This document shows positions 9,077-19,771 of a DNA stretch of 64,000 nucleotides, piece after piece. This DNA comes from Chitinophagales bacterium (lineage in GTDB: Bacteria; Bacteroidota; Bacteroidia; Chitinophagales; BACL12): positions 424 to 64,423 of the forward strand of contig JBGAWP010000011.1 in NCBI GenBank assembly GCA_044227505.1. Direction: 5' to 3'. Position 1 is the first letter of the stretch. Every line of letters begins with the position of its first letter. The notes beneath the pieces are model-generated. The model did no database searches, was not told the DNA's origin, and saw only the letters and a list, made by a program, of their open reading frames with translations. The translations under genes and the position numbers were made by a program.

Positions 9077-10405
9077 TCACTTCGCAACCTCAACCTTCAC
9101 TTTCTTATTCTTAAGCTTATGTTCCTTTAATAAATGTAATGCCTGATTAATTTTAGTTTTACGGACAGCTACAAAACTGAAAAAATCTTTTACTTCTATT
9201 AATCCGATATCCTCCATTTTAAGGTCTCCGCGTTTGGTGAGATAGCCCACTATATCAATTTTATTTACTTTATCTTTTTTGCCCACTGAAATATAAAGTG
9301 TTGACCATTTTGGTTTGTCGGGAAGGATTTCCGTATCGGGTAATTGAATTTCTTCGTCAACGTGTTTAACATATTCAGGTAATTTTTCATCCTCTGATAA
9401 TATTAAAATAATTGTTCCGCTTGCATCCATTCGCGCTGTTCTTCCATTGCGGTGAATAAACATATCTTCCGTGTGTGGCAGATGATAGTGGATGATATAT
9501 CGGATGTTCGGAATATCCAGTCCCCTGCTCGCAAGATCCGTTGTTACTAAAACATCAAAAGTGCCGTTGCGGAATTTTATTAATGCACTGTCCCGCTCCT
9601 GCTGTTCCATTGCTCCGTGATAAAATACATTGTATATTCCTTTTTGTGTTAATAGTCCACTTGTGCGTTCCACGGATTCACGGTGGTTACAAAAAACAAT
9701 TGCAGATCTGTTGCCGATATAACATAATAATTTGAATAAAGTATCAGCTTTATCTTTTTCGGGCGACAAAACTGTTTGAATAGCTAATTGTGTTGTTGTA
9801 CTTTTTTCTTCACCTACAAATTCAAGATATTCGGGATCTTTAATTCCGATAAATTCGGGGATACTATGGGTATGTGTTGCAGAAGTTAATATTCTTTTAT
9901 TTATGGATGGCAATGAGGAAATAATAAAAGACATTTCATCCGTAAAACCCATTTCCATACTCTTATCAAATTCGTCTAAAACAAGGGTGGTAATTGTATC
10001 AGTAGTGATATTTCCTCTGCGAATATGATCAGCCAATCTTCCGGCAGTTCCGACAATTACAGCTGGTGGTTGAATAAGATTATTTTCTTCTGTTTCCCTT
10101 TTATGTCCTCCATAACAACAACTGATCTTAAATCCTGTGCCCATTGTCTTAAAAACCTGATCGATCTGCAAGGCCAATTCGCGAGTAGGAACAATGATCA
10201 TCGCCTGTGTTTTTTTATTACTTTGATCTAGCAGTTCTAGAACCGGCAATAAAAAAGCAAGTGTTTTACCTGAACCTGTCGCAGAAAGAACAACTACATC
10301 GGCATGTTTTTTATTTGCCTCAATGGTTGCAATTTGCATTTCATTGAGAGCATCTATTTTGAAATTATTAAGAATCTTATTCAGATCGTATTTAACCTTT
10401 TGCAT
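9077..10405 (-). CDS. dbpA: DbpA-like DEAD-box RNA helicase (DEFD variant) with C-terminal DbpA RNA-binding domain
   Basis: Motifs SATGSGKTLAF, PTRELA, DEFD, SAT and HRNGRTAR. The C-terminal segment is ISVGKKDKVNKIDIVGYLTK...IEVKDFFSFVAV. Confidence 0.88.
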   Translation of the reverse strand: MQKVKYDLNKILNNFKIDALNEMQIATIEANKKHADVVVLSATGSGKTLAFLLPVLELLDQSNKKTQAMIIVPTRELALQIDQVFKTMGTGFKISCCYGGHKRETEENNLIQPPAVIVGTAGRLADHIRRGNITTDTITTLVLDEFDKSMEMGFTDEMSFIISSLPSINKRILTSATHTHSIPEFIGIKDPEYLEFVGEEKSTTTQLAIQTVLSPEKDKADTLFKLLCYIGNRSAIVFCNHRESVERTSGLLTQKGIYNVFYHGAMEQQERDSALIKFRNGTFDVLVTTDLASRGLDIPNIRYIIHYHLPHTEDMFIHRNGRTARMDASGTIILILSEDEKLPEYVKHVDEEIQLPDTEILPDKPKWSTLYISVGKKDKVNKIDIVGYLTKRGDLKMEDIGLIEVKDFFSFVAVRKTKINQALHLLKEHKLKNKKVKVEVAK

Positions 10406-10542
10406 GATGCAAAGATAGGCAGAATATAAGTGGTATTTCGGAAACTATATTTTGACGCATTGAAGTAAGTACATTAGAATCATTTTTTTACTTAGCGGAT
10501 TATTAAACATTTGTTCGTTTTCCTGATCCACCTGTATCAACC

Positions 10543-12738
10543 TTAAAGAATTAATAGTCCGTTTTCAAATAAGCCCAAAATGGATTTACTATGAATAAAC
10601 TGCTCAAAATCACTAAGTTCTGCAGCCAGATAAAGTTCTTGCATATCCTTAATTGTTAGAATTGGAAAACAATTAACGGATAACTTTGGCAATATTCCTG
10701 CTAACCAAATTCCTTGATCCTTGGGAAGCAAAATATTAAATTCAGAACTTTTGTCAACAAAAGATAGGCGAATCATTTCAACATTTGAATTCTTTTTTGT
10801 TTGTTCGAAAATTTCAATAATTGGTTGATTGCCCAGCCAAATAATTTTTGATGTTGGATTAATTTCATTATTCTCCTTTTCCGACAATACCTTTTTAATA
10901 TAATTTGGCGGGATTAATGTTTTGGGTATCTTAAAATCAAACCAGTTTTGAAGATCATCTTCCAAACCAATGCCGTGCATGTAATTAAGTAGTGATTTTT
11001 TCAATCCGAAACTGAATTTTTCATGATCGGTTCCGCTATCATCTATAAATTCAATATCGTTATTAGCAAAGGTGCCTATCGTATCATGTATTTTTGTTAC
11101 TTTGAAAAATGATGAATTTAATCCGACTGGGCTGTGCGCGGTCATGGCGAACTGATGCCAGAAACCAGATTGCATTATTCCCGCAGAAAATAGTTGTCGC
11201 ACCATTTCCAGTGCATCTATTGTTTCCTGTGTGGTCTGTGTAGGAAATCCATACATTAAATAAGCATGCACCATAATTCCCGCTTCTGTAAAATTGCGAT
11301 TTACTTTCGCGACTTGTGCAACGGTTACACCTTTTTGAATTAATTCCAATAATCTATCGGATGCAACTTCCAATCCTCCCGAAACTGCAATACATCCACT
11401 TGCTTTTAATAGCAGACACAGATCTTTTGTAAAACTCTTTTCGAAGCGAATATTGGTCCACCAGGTAATTTTAATATTGCGTCTTATTATTTCAATTGCA
11501 AAGGCACGCATTAATGCAGGTGGTGCAGCTTCATCCACAAAATGAAATCCTGATTGACCGGTTTGTTTAATTAATTCCTCCACCCTATCAGCCAAAAGTG
11601 TTGCTGCAACCGGTTCGTAGAGTTTGATATAATCCAGGGAAATATCACAGAAAGTGCATTTTCCCCAATAACATCCATGTGCCATGGTCAATTTATTCCA
11701 ACGTCCATCGCTCCACAAACTGTGCATGGGATTCATGATCTCTATTGCCGAAATATATTTATCGAGATAAAGATCACTGTAATCAGGTGTGCCTAACTCT
11801 CCTTGTTTATAATCCTTAGTTGCAGGATTATTAATATAGGTAACCGCTCCATCAATTAACGTAAATGTTCTTTTTAATTCGTTTAAATGTATCTCCCCTT
11901 TCGAATATTTAATTATATTTTCAAGCGGTGCTTCACCGTCATCAAGACAAATAAAATCGTAAAATTCGAATACACGCGGGTCGGAAAGAGATCGCAATTC
12001 CGTATTAGGAAATCCTCCACCCATAACAATTTTAATATGCGGATAATTTTTTTTGATGAATTGCGCACATCGGAAGGAGGAATATAAATTGCCCGGAAAC
12101 GGAACAGAAATGCCGACAATAGAAGTTTGGACATTGTCCAAATTTTGTTTTAATATTTTTAATAAAACGGTGTCCATATAAGTTTCAGGGCCGTGTAATA
12201 ATGCATATAACTCATCAAATGTATTTGCTGACCTTCCTAAACGTTCGGCGTATCGGCTGAATCCAAAAAAAGGATCTATACATTCACGGATAAGATCAGA
12301 AATATCTTCCATGTACATAGTAGCTAGAAATTTTGCCTGGTCTAGTTTTCCCATTGTGCCAAAAGCCCAATCCAGGTCTTCAATTTGAGCAAAACGGGAA
12401 GCTTCCGGTAAAAAATCACCCAAACAAATAACGTGAGCAAGTGTTGGATTTTTTCCACGTAAAAAATGCATTACATGATCAATGGTATTGATATAATCTT
12501 CTTTAAGCGCTATAATTCGTGCAGAATTTTCAGAAATACTTTCAGCATTTGGATCTATTGCCTCAAATAAATTGATCAATCCCTGTTTTGAAAAAATGAC
12601 ATCCGTAACCTCAATTCCCAGATCCGCCTGATAACAGGAAATATTGCGCGTATTTAAAAAGCCCTTTAAATAAACCGTACCTGGATATGGGGTATTGAGT
12701 TGAGTGAAAGGCGGGGTAAATAAAAAAACGGAGGTCAT
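10543..12738 (-). CDS. Large B12-binding-domain radical SAM protein (731 aa)
   Basis: The Rossmann-like B12-binding region (IVGISVPF...IKIVMGGGFP) is followed by the cluster motif CYWGKCTFC and a TIM-barrel-like region. Confidence 0.85.
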   Translation of the reverse strand: MTSVFLFTPPFTQLNTPYPGTVYLKGFLNTRNISCYQADLGIEVTDVIFSKQGLINLFEAIDPNAESISENSARIIALKEDYINTIDHVMHFLRGKNPTLAHVICLGDFLPEASRFAQIEDLDWAFGTMGKLDQAKFLATMYMEDISDLIRECIDPFFGFSRYAERLGRSANTFDELYALLHGPETYMDTVLLKILKQNLDNVQTSIVGISVPFPGNLYSSFRCAQFIKKNYPHIKIVMGGGFPNTELRSLSDPRVFEFYDFICLDDGEAPLENIIKYSKGEIHLNELKRTFTLIDGAVTYINNPATKDYKQGELGTPDYSDLYLDKYISAIEIMNPMHSLWSDGRWNKLTMAHGCYWGKCTFCDISLDYIKLYEPVAATLLADRVEELIKQTGQSGFHFVDEAAPPALMRAFAIEIIRRNIKITWWTNIRFEKSFTKDLCLLLKASGCIAVSGGLEVASDRLLELIQKGVTVAQVAKVNRNFTEAGIMVHAYLMYGFPTQTTQETIDALEMVRQLFSAGIMQSGFWHQFAMTAHSPVGLNSSFFKVTKIHDTIGTFANNDIEFIDDSGTDHEKFSFGLKKSLLNYMHGIGLEDDLQNWFDFKIPKTLIPPNYIKKVLSEKENNEINPTSKIIWLGNQPIIEIFEQTKKNSNVEMIRLSFVDKSSEFNILLPKDQGIWLAGILPKLSVNCFPILTIKDMQELYLAAELSDFEQFIHSKSILGLFENGLLIL

Positions 12739-12755
12739 TGGATTGCAAATGTAGT

Positions 12756-12863
12756 GAGTTCTGAGTTCTGAGTTCTGGGTTCTGAGTTCTGGGTTCTGAG
12801 TTCTGGGTTCGGGGTTCGGGGTTCGGGGTTCTGAGTTCGGGGTTCTGAGTTCTGGGTTCTGAA
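12756..12863. repeat. Octamer array GTTCKGRG, about 13 units
   Basis: gttctgag/gttctggg/gttcgggg units were read directly. The array starts 18 nt upstream of the radical SAM start codon. Confidence 0.95.
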
Positions 12864-12892
12864 TTATGTGGTGTGAGGCGTGAAATTTTGGT

Positions 12893-12930
12893 TAATAGTA
12901 GAGACGCAATGCATTGTGTCTCTACTATTA
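12893..12930. repeat. 38-nt near-perfect palindrome (REP-like hairpin)
   Basis: The 13-bp arms of taatagtagagac-gcaatgcattgt-gtctctactatta pair perfectly, and the centre is itself nearly palindromic. Confidence 0.85.
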
Positions 12931-13116
12931 AACTAAATTTAAACGTTTAGGATAATGATCATACCAACGATTTAGATTACGATTCTATTAGAAGGAGTTA
13001 TGAGTAGGTTCGACTTTGAAAAACGTTTTGCGCAACATGGTAGCAAAATTTTCAAAAAGGAAATCAAAGCACCAATGTTAGCAGGATCAAACTCATAACT
13101 CATTACTCATATATAA

Positions 13117-13152
13117 AAAAAACCTTCCTGAAAAACTCCAGAAAGGTTTTAA
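13117..13152 (-). terminator. Rho-independent terminator of groEL
   Basis: The minus-strand RNA aacctttctg-gagttttt-caggaaggtt is followed by a U run. Confidence 0.8.
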
Positions 13153-13197
13153 TTCTATTAAAGTATTAATTCGGAGCGATAATTTTCAGGTCTAGTT

Positions 13198-13245
13198 CCC
13201 ACTCACTAAGTCCCACTCACCCCTACTCACCACTCCCCACTCACC
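13198..13245. repeat. Array of CCACTCAC-type words abutting the groEL stop codon
   Basis: cccactcactaagtcccactcacccctactcaccactccccactcacc. The same words occur at 61755-61777 and 61975-62003. Confidence 0.85.
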
Positions 13246-13248
13246 ATC

Positions 13249-14919
<1,671 letters not shown>

Positions 14920-14942
14920 TTAATTGATATCGCGTTTGGACA

Positions 14943-15251
14943 TTATAAAATTGCAAAAATGTCAGATTCGCGCATGATAAGATATTCTTTACCATCCACG
15001 CTTATTTCAGTTCCGGCATATTTTCCGTAGAGAACGGAATCGCCAACTTTAACAGTAACAGGTTCATCTTTTTTACCCGGACCGGCAGCTACTATGGTGC
15101 CTTTTTGTGGTTTTTCTTTTGCAGTGTCAGGAATTATGATTCCTCCTTTTGTAACGGTTTCTGCTTCAGCAGGTAAAACCAATACCCGATCAGCCAAAGG
15201 TTTGATCGTGATGTTTACTTTGGCCTTAGCCGTTTCTTTTGTCTTCGCCAT
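14943..15251 (-). CDS. groES: Co-chaperonin GroES
   Basis: [10 protein letters not shown]...[24 protein letters not shown]...YGKYAGTE, located immediately upstream of groEL. Confidence 0.96.
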   Translation of the reverse strand: MAKTKETAKAKVNITIKPLADRVLVLPAEAETVTKGGIIIPDTAKEKPQKGTIVAAGPGKKDEPVTVKVGDSVLYGKYAGTEISVDGKEYLIMRESDIFAIL

Positions 15252-15404
15252 ATTTGATTTTTTATTGATTAAGTGAGTTTTATATTGCTACTGCCCGCCT
15301 GTCAGATATTGTGCCATCGGGCATTTTTGCTAATTGAGGCGCAAAGGTCAGACAAAATTTCAGAAATCCTTAATTTTTGCGAAAATGACTGACATAAATG
15401 TGGT

Positions 15405-15517
15405 AAAGATTCGAAGGGAGAAGATTCGAAGATTCGAAGGGAGAAGATTCGAAGATTCGAAGGGGAAGGTTCTAAGGGGGAAAAAGGAAGGAAGGGTTGG
15501 CTAAGGTTCAAAAAGGG
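15405..15517. repeat. Composite repeat (AGATTCGAAG/GGAGA words, then GAAGGTTCTAAGGG, AAGGAAGGAAGG, AAGGTT-AAAAAGG). Copy 1 of 2 in the window.
   Basis: It aligns by eye with 23317-23432 apart from a variable central insert. Confidence 0.85.
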
Positions 15518-15575
15518 GAAACAAATTATGATTCAAAATTTCAGACCCAAATTATACTTCAACAAAAATCAATCT

Positions 15576-15642
15576 AAGTCCTATATCATTTTTCCAATGT
15601 CCTATATCAAGTCATATTTCCTATGTCCTACTTCCTATTTCC
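15576..15642. repeat. TGTCCTA/TGTCATA-type word array
   Basis: aagtcctatatca...aatgtcctatatcaagtcatatttcctatgtcctacttcctatttcc. The 17-mer gtcctacttcctatttc recurs at about 29840-29856. Confidence 0.8.
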
Positions 15643-15724
15643 GCACACAAAAAAACCCACCTTGTTTTACCAAGGCGGGATTTCAAACCTATCCGCTTTT
15701 GAGGCGAATGTTTTTAAAGGAGGA

Positions 15725-18058
15725 TCAATGTTGAATTACAAATTTGTTAGTTGAAATACCATCTGAAGTTTTTATACTGCAGAAATAAATTCCAGATAAA
15801 AATTCTTCGGTATTAAATTCTAATTGATGTTTGCCTGCATCCAAAATTTCATTTTCTTTCCAAATTGTTATTTCTCTTCCTGAAATATCGAATACAGAAA
15901 TATCAACAGCAGAAATTGAATTCAGATCAAATTCAATTTTAATTTCTGTATTTGCAGGATTCGGATAAATATTAATGGATGATAATTCTTCTGCTTCAAC
16001 ATCAGAAATTGTTTCAGAAACTGTTCTCAGATCATCAGGATTATAATCACTTACTTCACATTCATCTATTAATGCTACAAATGTGCAACCTGATTTCGCT
16101 TCAAATCCGGGATTAAGATTTACATAGTATCCTGATTCTAAAGTTACCGTTGCAGTGGAATTAACAGTAGTTACGCAATCGGCAATAAAACCACCGAAGA
16201 AAAGTGTCGAATTTTCAATTCCATAGGTTGCATCAATATACCCTGATAAAATATAAGTTCCACACATTTGCGCGAGATCATATGCAGTATAATAAGTTAC
16301 ACCAACTGCCTGAAATGCCTGTCCCACAGAAATTACCTCTTGCGAACAACTTCCAAAAAGATCTATTGCAGATTGTATCCACGCATTTCTCGCAATTAAA
16401 TATCCATCATCAGAATTTAAATAATTCATCATTGCATGCCAGGCAATATCACGTGCATGATCGTATCCAATTCCATCCACTTTATATTCAACACCATGAT
16501 CGTTCACACCCTCACCACCCTCGCTTAATAAATAAAACATATGATTTTGAACGCCGCTATTCGTGTGCACTCCTCCATTATCATCACCATCTAAACTTGC
16601 CCAATAATCCCCGAAATAAGTATCCGGATCACCGGTAGAATTTGGGTCTGAAAATGACCTGAGTGTGCCTCTGTCTTCAGCCATTAACCAACTTAATGTT
16701 CCACCTTCTACATAATATTCCACCATTTCTCCAAAAATATCAGCAAACGATTCATTTAATGCACCACTTTCTTCCGAATAATCCAATGCATCAAAATGTG
16801 CGTATTCAATTACGCCATGGGTATATTCGTGACCAACAATATCAAGTGTATTATAATCATCGGTAGAACCCGCTTCACAATCGTTTCCACTTCCGAAACT
16901 CAAATTATCTAAAATATTGGTATAATTTGCATTTGTGCAATATGGATCATCAAAATCATCAAAATAGGTTTTATTATTAAAACAATCTATTAATCCTGAG
17001 CTACCGTCAAAGCTGTAATGCCCATGCATATTTACATAATAGGTATAGGCTCTTTTTACCGACCATAAAGTAGTGAGTACCATTTGATTATTTCCTGAAA
17101 CCCATGTATCCCAATCATTATCACTATCGCATATCAACCAATCATCCCCGTAATAAAAGGTGCCATAGGTTCCCGAATAATAACTTCTTATTTCAGTGGA
17201 TGGATTACAATCGTCAATGGAAAAATAATCAGTACTTTCATCTGCACCGCTGCCGCAATCTTCCGTTCTGTAATCTGTATTTACCGTTTGATCACCATTA
17301 AAAGAAGTTCCTATCGTTGTTGGATTGCATGTTACATCAAGACTTTTTGTTCGTATAATTTCACCACTGTGTGCATCCACATAAACATATTCTGCAATAT
17401 AGGGAAGAATTGCAAAAACATACATGCGATACGCCAATACATAATTATCTGCTTTCATCTCTCCTTTCGCATTTTTTTTCACGATCAATAATTCCGGAGT
17501 CGGATAAAGCGTTGCATTCACATCTTTCTTTTTTGTTTTGAAAGCGTTTTCTTTTTCCGCATCCTGCCACATATATTTTTCTGCAGGAAAATTAGCCAAT
17601 GCAATTTCAATGGCGCGTTGGGAAGTAATATCCGGACTAATATTTATTTGCAGATCGTTTACAAAATAACCATTTGCAAGATGAATTTTTCCATTTCTTT
17701 CGTGTGTGATATGTTCAATACCCTCCACGCGAATTCCTTTATAAAATTGCGCGTACTTGTAATGTTTATTTCCTGCAGCATCTGTATTTGTTTTAAGCAA
17801 ACGCATTTCATCCTCTGCTTTCAAGCCGAACATATCCGGTTGTTGTTTAAATATGGCATCTGCTGTGTATGGTGCGTCCTTTCTGAATTGTATCCAACCC
17901 GGAGTGCTTTCCGGATGAAGATACAGGCTGAATTTTTTATTCTGCAGATCTTCTCTGGAAATATTTTGTGCTTTTGTTGATGATATAATACAGACCAACA
18001 AAAAACATCCTGTTATCATTAACTTTTTCATAAGATAAAGTTTTAAGAATGAAATCAA
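15725..18058 (-). CDS. M4 (thermolysin-family) zinc metallopeptidase with propeptide and T9SS C-terminal domain (alternative start at 18031, MKKLMIT..)
   Basis: Motifs VGHEYTHGV (HExxH), ALNESFADIFGE and GGVHTNSGV. The tail is INIYPNPANTEIKIEF...GIYFCSIK. Confidence 0.9.
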   Translation of the reverse strand: MISFLKLYLMKKLMITGCFLLVCIISSTKAQNISREDLQNKKFSLYLHPESTPGWIQFRKDAPYTADAIFKQQPDMFGLKAEDEMRLLKTNTDAAGNKHYKYAQFYKGIRVEGIEHITHERNGKIHLANGYFVNDLQINISPDITSQRAIEIALANFPAEKYMWQDAEKENAFKTKKKDVNATLYPTPELLIVKKNAKGEMKADNYVLAYRMYVFAILPYIAEYVYVDAHSGEIIRTKSLDVTCNPTTIGTSFNGDQTVNTDYRTEDCGSGADESTDYFSIDDCNPSTEIRSYYSGTYGTFYYGDDWLICDSDNDWDTWVSGNNQMVLTTLWSVKRAYTYYVNMHGHYSFDGSSGLIDCFNNKTYFDDFDDPYCTNANYTNILDNLSFGSGNDCEAGSTDDYNTLDIVGHEYTHGVIEYAHFDALDYSEESGALNESFADIFGEMVEYYVEGGTLSWLMAEDRGTLRSFSDPNSTGDPDTYFGDYWASLDGDDNGGVHTNSGVQNHMFYLLSEGGEGVNDHGVEYKVDGIGYDHARDIAWHAMMNYLNSDDGYLIARNAWIQSAIDLFGSCSQEVISVGQAFQAVGVTYYTAYDLAQMCGTYILSGYIDATYGIENSTLFFGGFIADCVTTVNSTATVTLESGYYVNLNPGFEAKSGCTFVALIDECEVSDYNPDDLRTVSETISDVEAEELSSINIYPNPANTEIKIEFDLNSISAVDISVFDISGREITIWKENEILDAGKHQLEFNTEEFLSGIYFCSIKTSDGISTNKFVIQH

Positions 18059-18059
18059 T

Positions 18060-19559
18060 TTATTGCTGATCTTTTAATTGGTCGATTTGTTTTTGCAATT
18101 CGATGATATACAAAGTGAGTTCTTCAATTTTCTCCATCATATTTGCCTGCATTTCGCCAACTTCAAATCCATTTGTTTCTACTTCTTTTGCAGAAGGAAT
18201 TCCGGGTAAATGATTATTTAATTTTATAGATGCTTCTAATTCATATAATGAAGGCAATTTATAATCATCCGCAAAAACATAATCAGGCCAGCTTTCACTC
18301 ATTTGTACTTTTAATTCTTCACACATGATCTTACCATCAACACTAAATAAATATCCGGTGGCAGGTACTGACGCTCCAATCATAACATTTCCGCTTGAAT
18401 AACACATGCTGATATTGCCACCGTCGTTATTTAAATAAAGTGTAGATGCAGCACCATTATTTCTCGCCATTATCTCATTGTTATCCAATACAAGATTTGT
18501 AGCAGTGGTTAAACCATTTGTAATAAATCCACCAGATGCCAAACCGGCGTCGGTTCCTCCATCAATTTGTAATCTTGTTGCAGCTGATGTAATTCCCAAC
18601 CCTAAATTTCCACTGAAATATCCTTTTCCGTCAAAATATCCTGCCCATCCTGAACCTGCAGTTACAGCGCCATAAACACCGTAAGAAGTACCTGCTGTTG
18701 TGGAGGCAGTACCGTAAACACCATAAGTATCACCGGTAGCTCCGAAACCAAGTCCGTAAATACCATAACCGGTTTGATCGCCGTTCGATGCTGTTCCTTT
18801 AACGCCGGTTTGGCCCCCACCAGCTTGTAAACCCGTTCCATAACCGAATGTGTAAGTGTTGCCTATCAGTACAAGAGGAAAATTAGTAGTTCCAGTTCCT
18901 GTCCATGCTTTCGAAATATTCATTAAAGTGGAAGTACCTGTGGTGCGCACATCTACTTTATAAGAGGGTGATGTTGTTCCGATACCAATTGATCCTGCAC
19001 TTTCGTAAATGGAGGAATTTCCAAGTGTGGTTGTGCCGGTAAATTTTGGTAAATAATTAGTGGTTCCGCTACCTCCAACTCCACCACCGGCTCCACCGGC
19101 AGCTGTTGTCATGGATGTTCCGTCAGAAAAACGGAGTGTATTGATATAACCTTCATCCCATCGGAAAGTACTGCTTCCAAGATCAAGTGTTCCTGTTGCA
19201 TTTGGAATTAGTGACTGATTAATTGCTGTAGAAACCAAATTTGATAAACTGGTATTTGCTCCTTTGCTTGATACGGGGGTCCAGGCTGCACCGGTATAAT
19301 AATAAAATCCGGGTGTGGAGTTTGTTTGGAATATCAAAAGTCCGGTTGCGGGCGATACAATAGCATCCCTTTGCACTTTTGTCATTCTTGGTGCAAGTAA
19401 TCCCTGGGTTGTTGAAACTACATCAATAGCAGCGGATGCATTTGGTGTAAGGGTACCCACTCCCACACTTCCTGAAGTAGGAAATGTATTTGTTTGTGCT
19501 TTCAGTTGAACAGAAATACAGAAGAGTATTGCCGTTAGTAGATAGATTCGATTTCTCAT
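18060..19559 (-). CDS. Secreted tail-fiber-like protein (Gly-rich repeats, C-terminal coiled coil)
   Basis: It has a signal peptide, a QGLLAPRMT..RDAI..P..GLLIFQTN head and GxGT repeats. The C-terminal WPDYVFADDYKLPSLYELEASIKLNNHLPGIPSAKEV...EELTLYIIELQKQI is typical of Bacteroidota tail-fibre-domain proteins. The stop lies 1 nt from the M4 peptidase start. Confidence 0.7.
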   Translation of the reverse strand: MRNRIYLLTAILFCISVQLKAQTNTFPTSGSVGVGTLTPNASAAIDVVSTTQGLLAPRMTKVQRDAIVSPATGLLIFQTNSTPGFYYYTGAAWTPVSSKGANTSLSNLVSTAINQSLIPNATGTLDLGSSTFRWDEGYINTLRFSDGTSMTTAAGGAGGGVGGSGTTNYLPKFTGTTTLGNSSIYESAGSIGIGTTSPSYKVDVRTTGTSTLMNISKAWTGTGTTNFPLVLIGNTYTFGYGTGLQAGGGQTGVKGTASNGDQTGYGIYGLGFGATGDTYGVYGTASTTAGTSYGVYGAVTAGSGWAGYFDGKGYFSGNLGLGITSAATRLQIDGGTDAGLASGGFITNGLTTATNLVLDNNEIMARNNGAASTLYLNNDGGNISMCYSSGNVMIGASVPATGYLFSVDGKIMCEELKVQMSESWPDYVFADDYKLPSLYELEASIKLNNHLPGIPSAKEVETNGFEVGEMQANMMEKIEELTLYIIELQKQIDQLKDQQ

Positions 19560-19671
19560 AATATTAATTTTTTTAGGTTTAAATAATACAGCAAAAAAAC
19601 AGAGAAATGCAGGCGAATGAAAAGAGAAATTTTTTGAGTTGTATCTTCCGGTTTACAGCGTGGCAAAATGT

Positions 19672-19710
19672 AAAAAAAAATTATGTAACCATTCAGTTAC
19701 ATAATTTTTT
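19672..19710. terminator. Bidirectional rho-independent terminator
   Basis: A9 run, perfect 10-bp stem attatgtaac/gttacataat, then a T run. Confidence 0.75.
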
Positions 19711-19771
19711 ATGACTCATGACAGCCTGTTTATAGGGGTTTTAGTTCAAAGGCAGGAAAAATTGTCAGGAC

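Noticed and set aside
15252-15404. CIRCE (HrcA) operator upstream of groES
   Set aside because: No TTAGCACTC-N9-GAGTGCTAA-like inverted repeat is visible between the groES start and the repeat module. This is consistent with Bacteroidota generally lacking CIRCE.
16204-17980. Several 60-144 aa plus-strand ORFs inside the M4 peptidase gene, and similar antisense ORFs inside groEL, the radical SAM gene, the ELW gene, pdhA, the TBDR and others
   Set aside because: They are antisense to long, well-supported genes with clear family motifs. Their composition is His/Asn/Leu-rich and low in complexity, as is typical of shadow ORFs.
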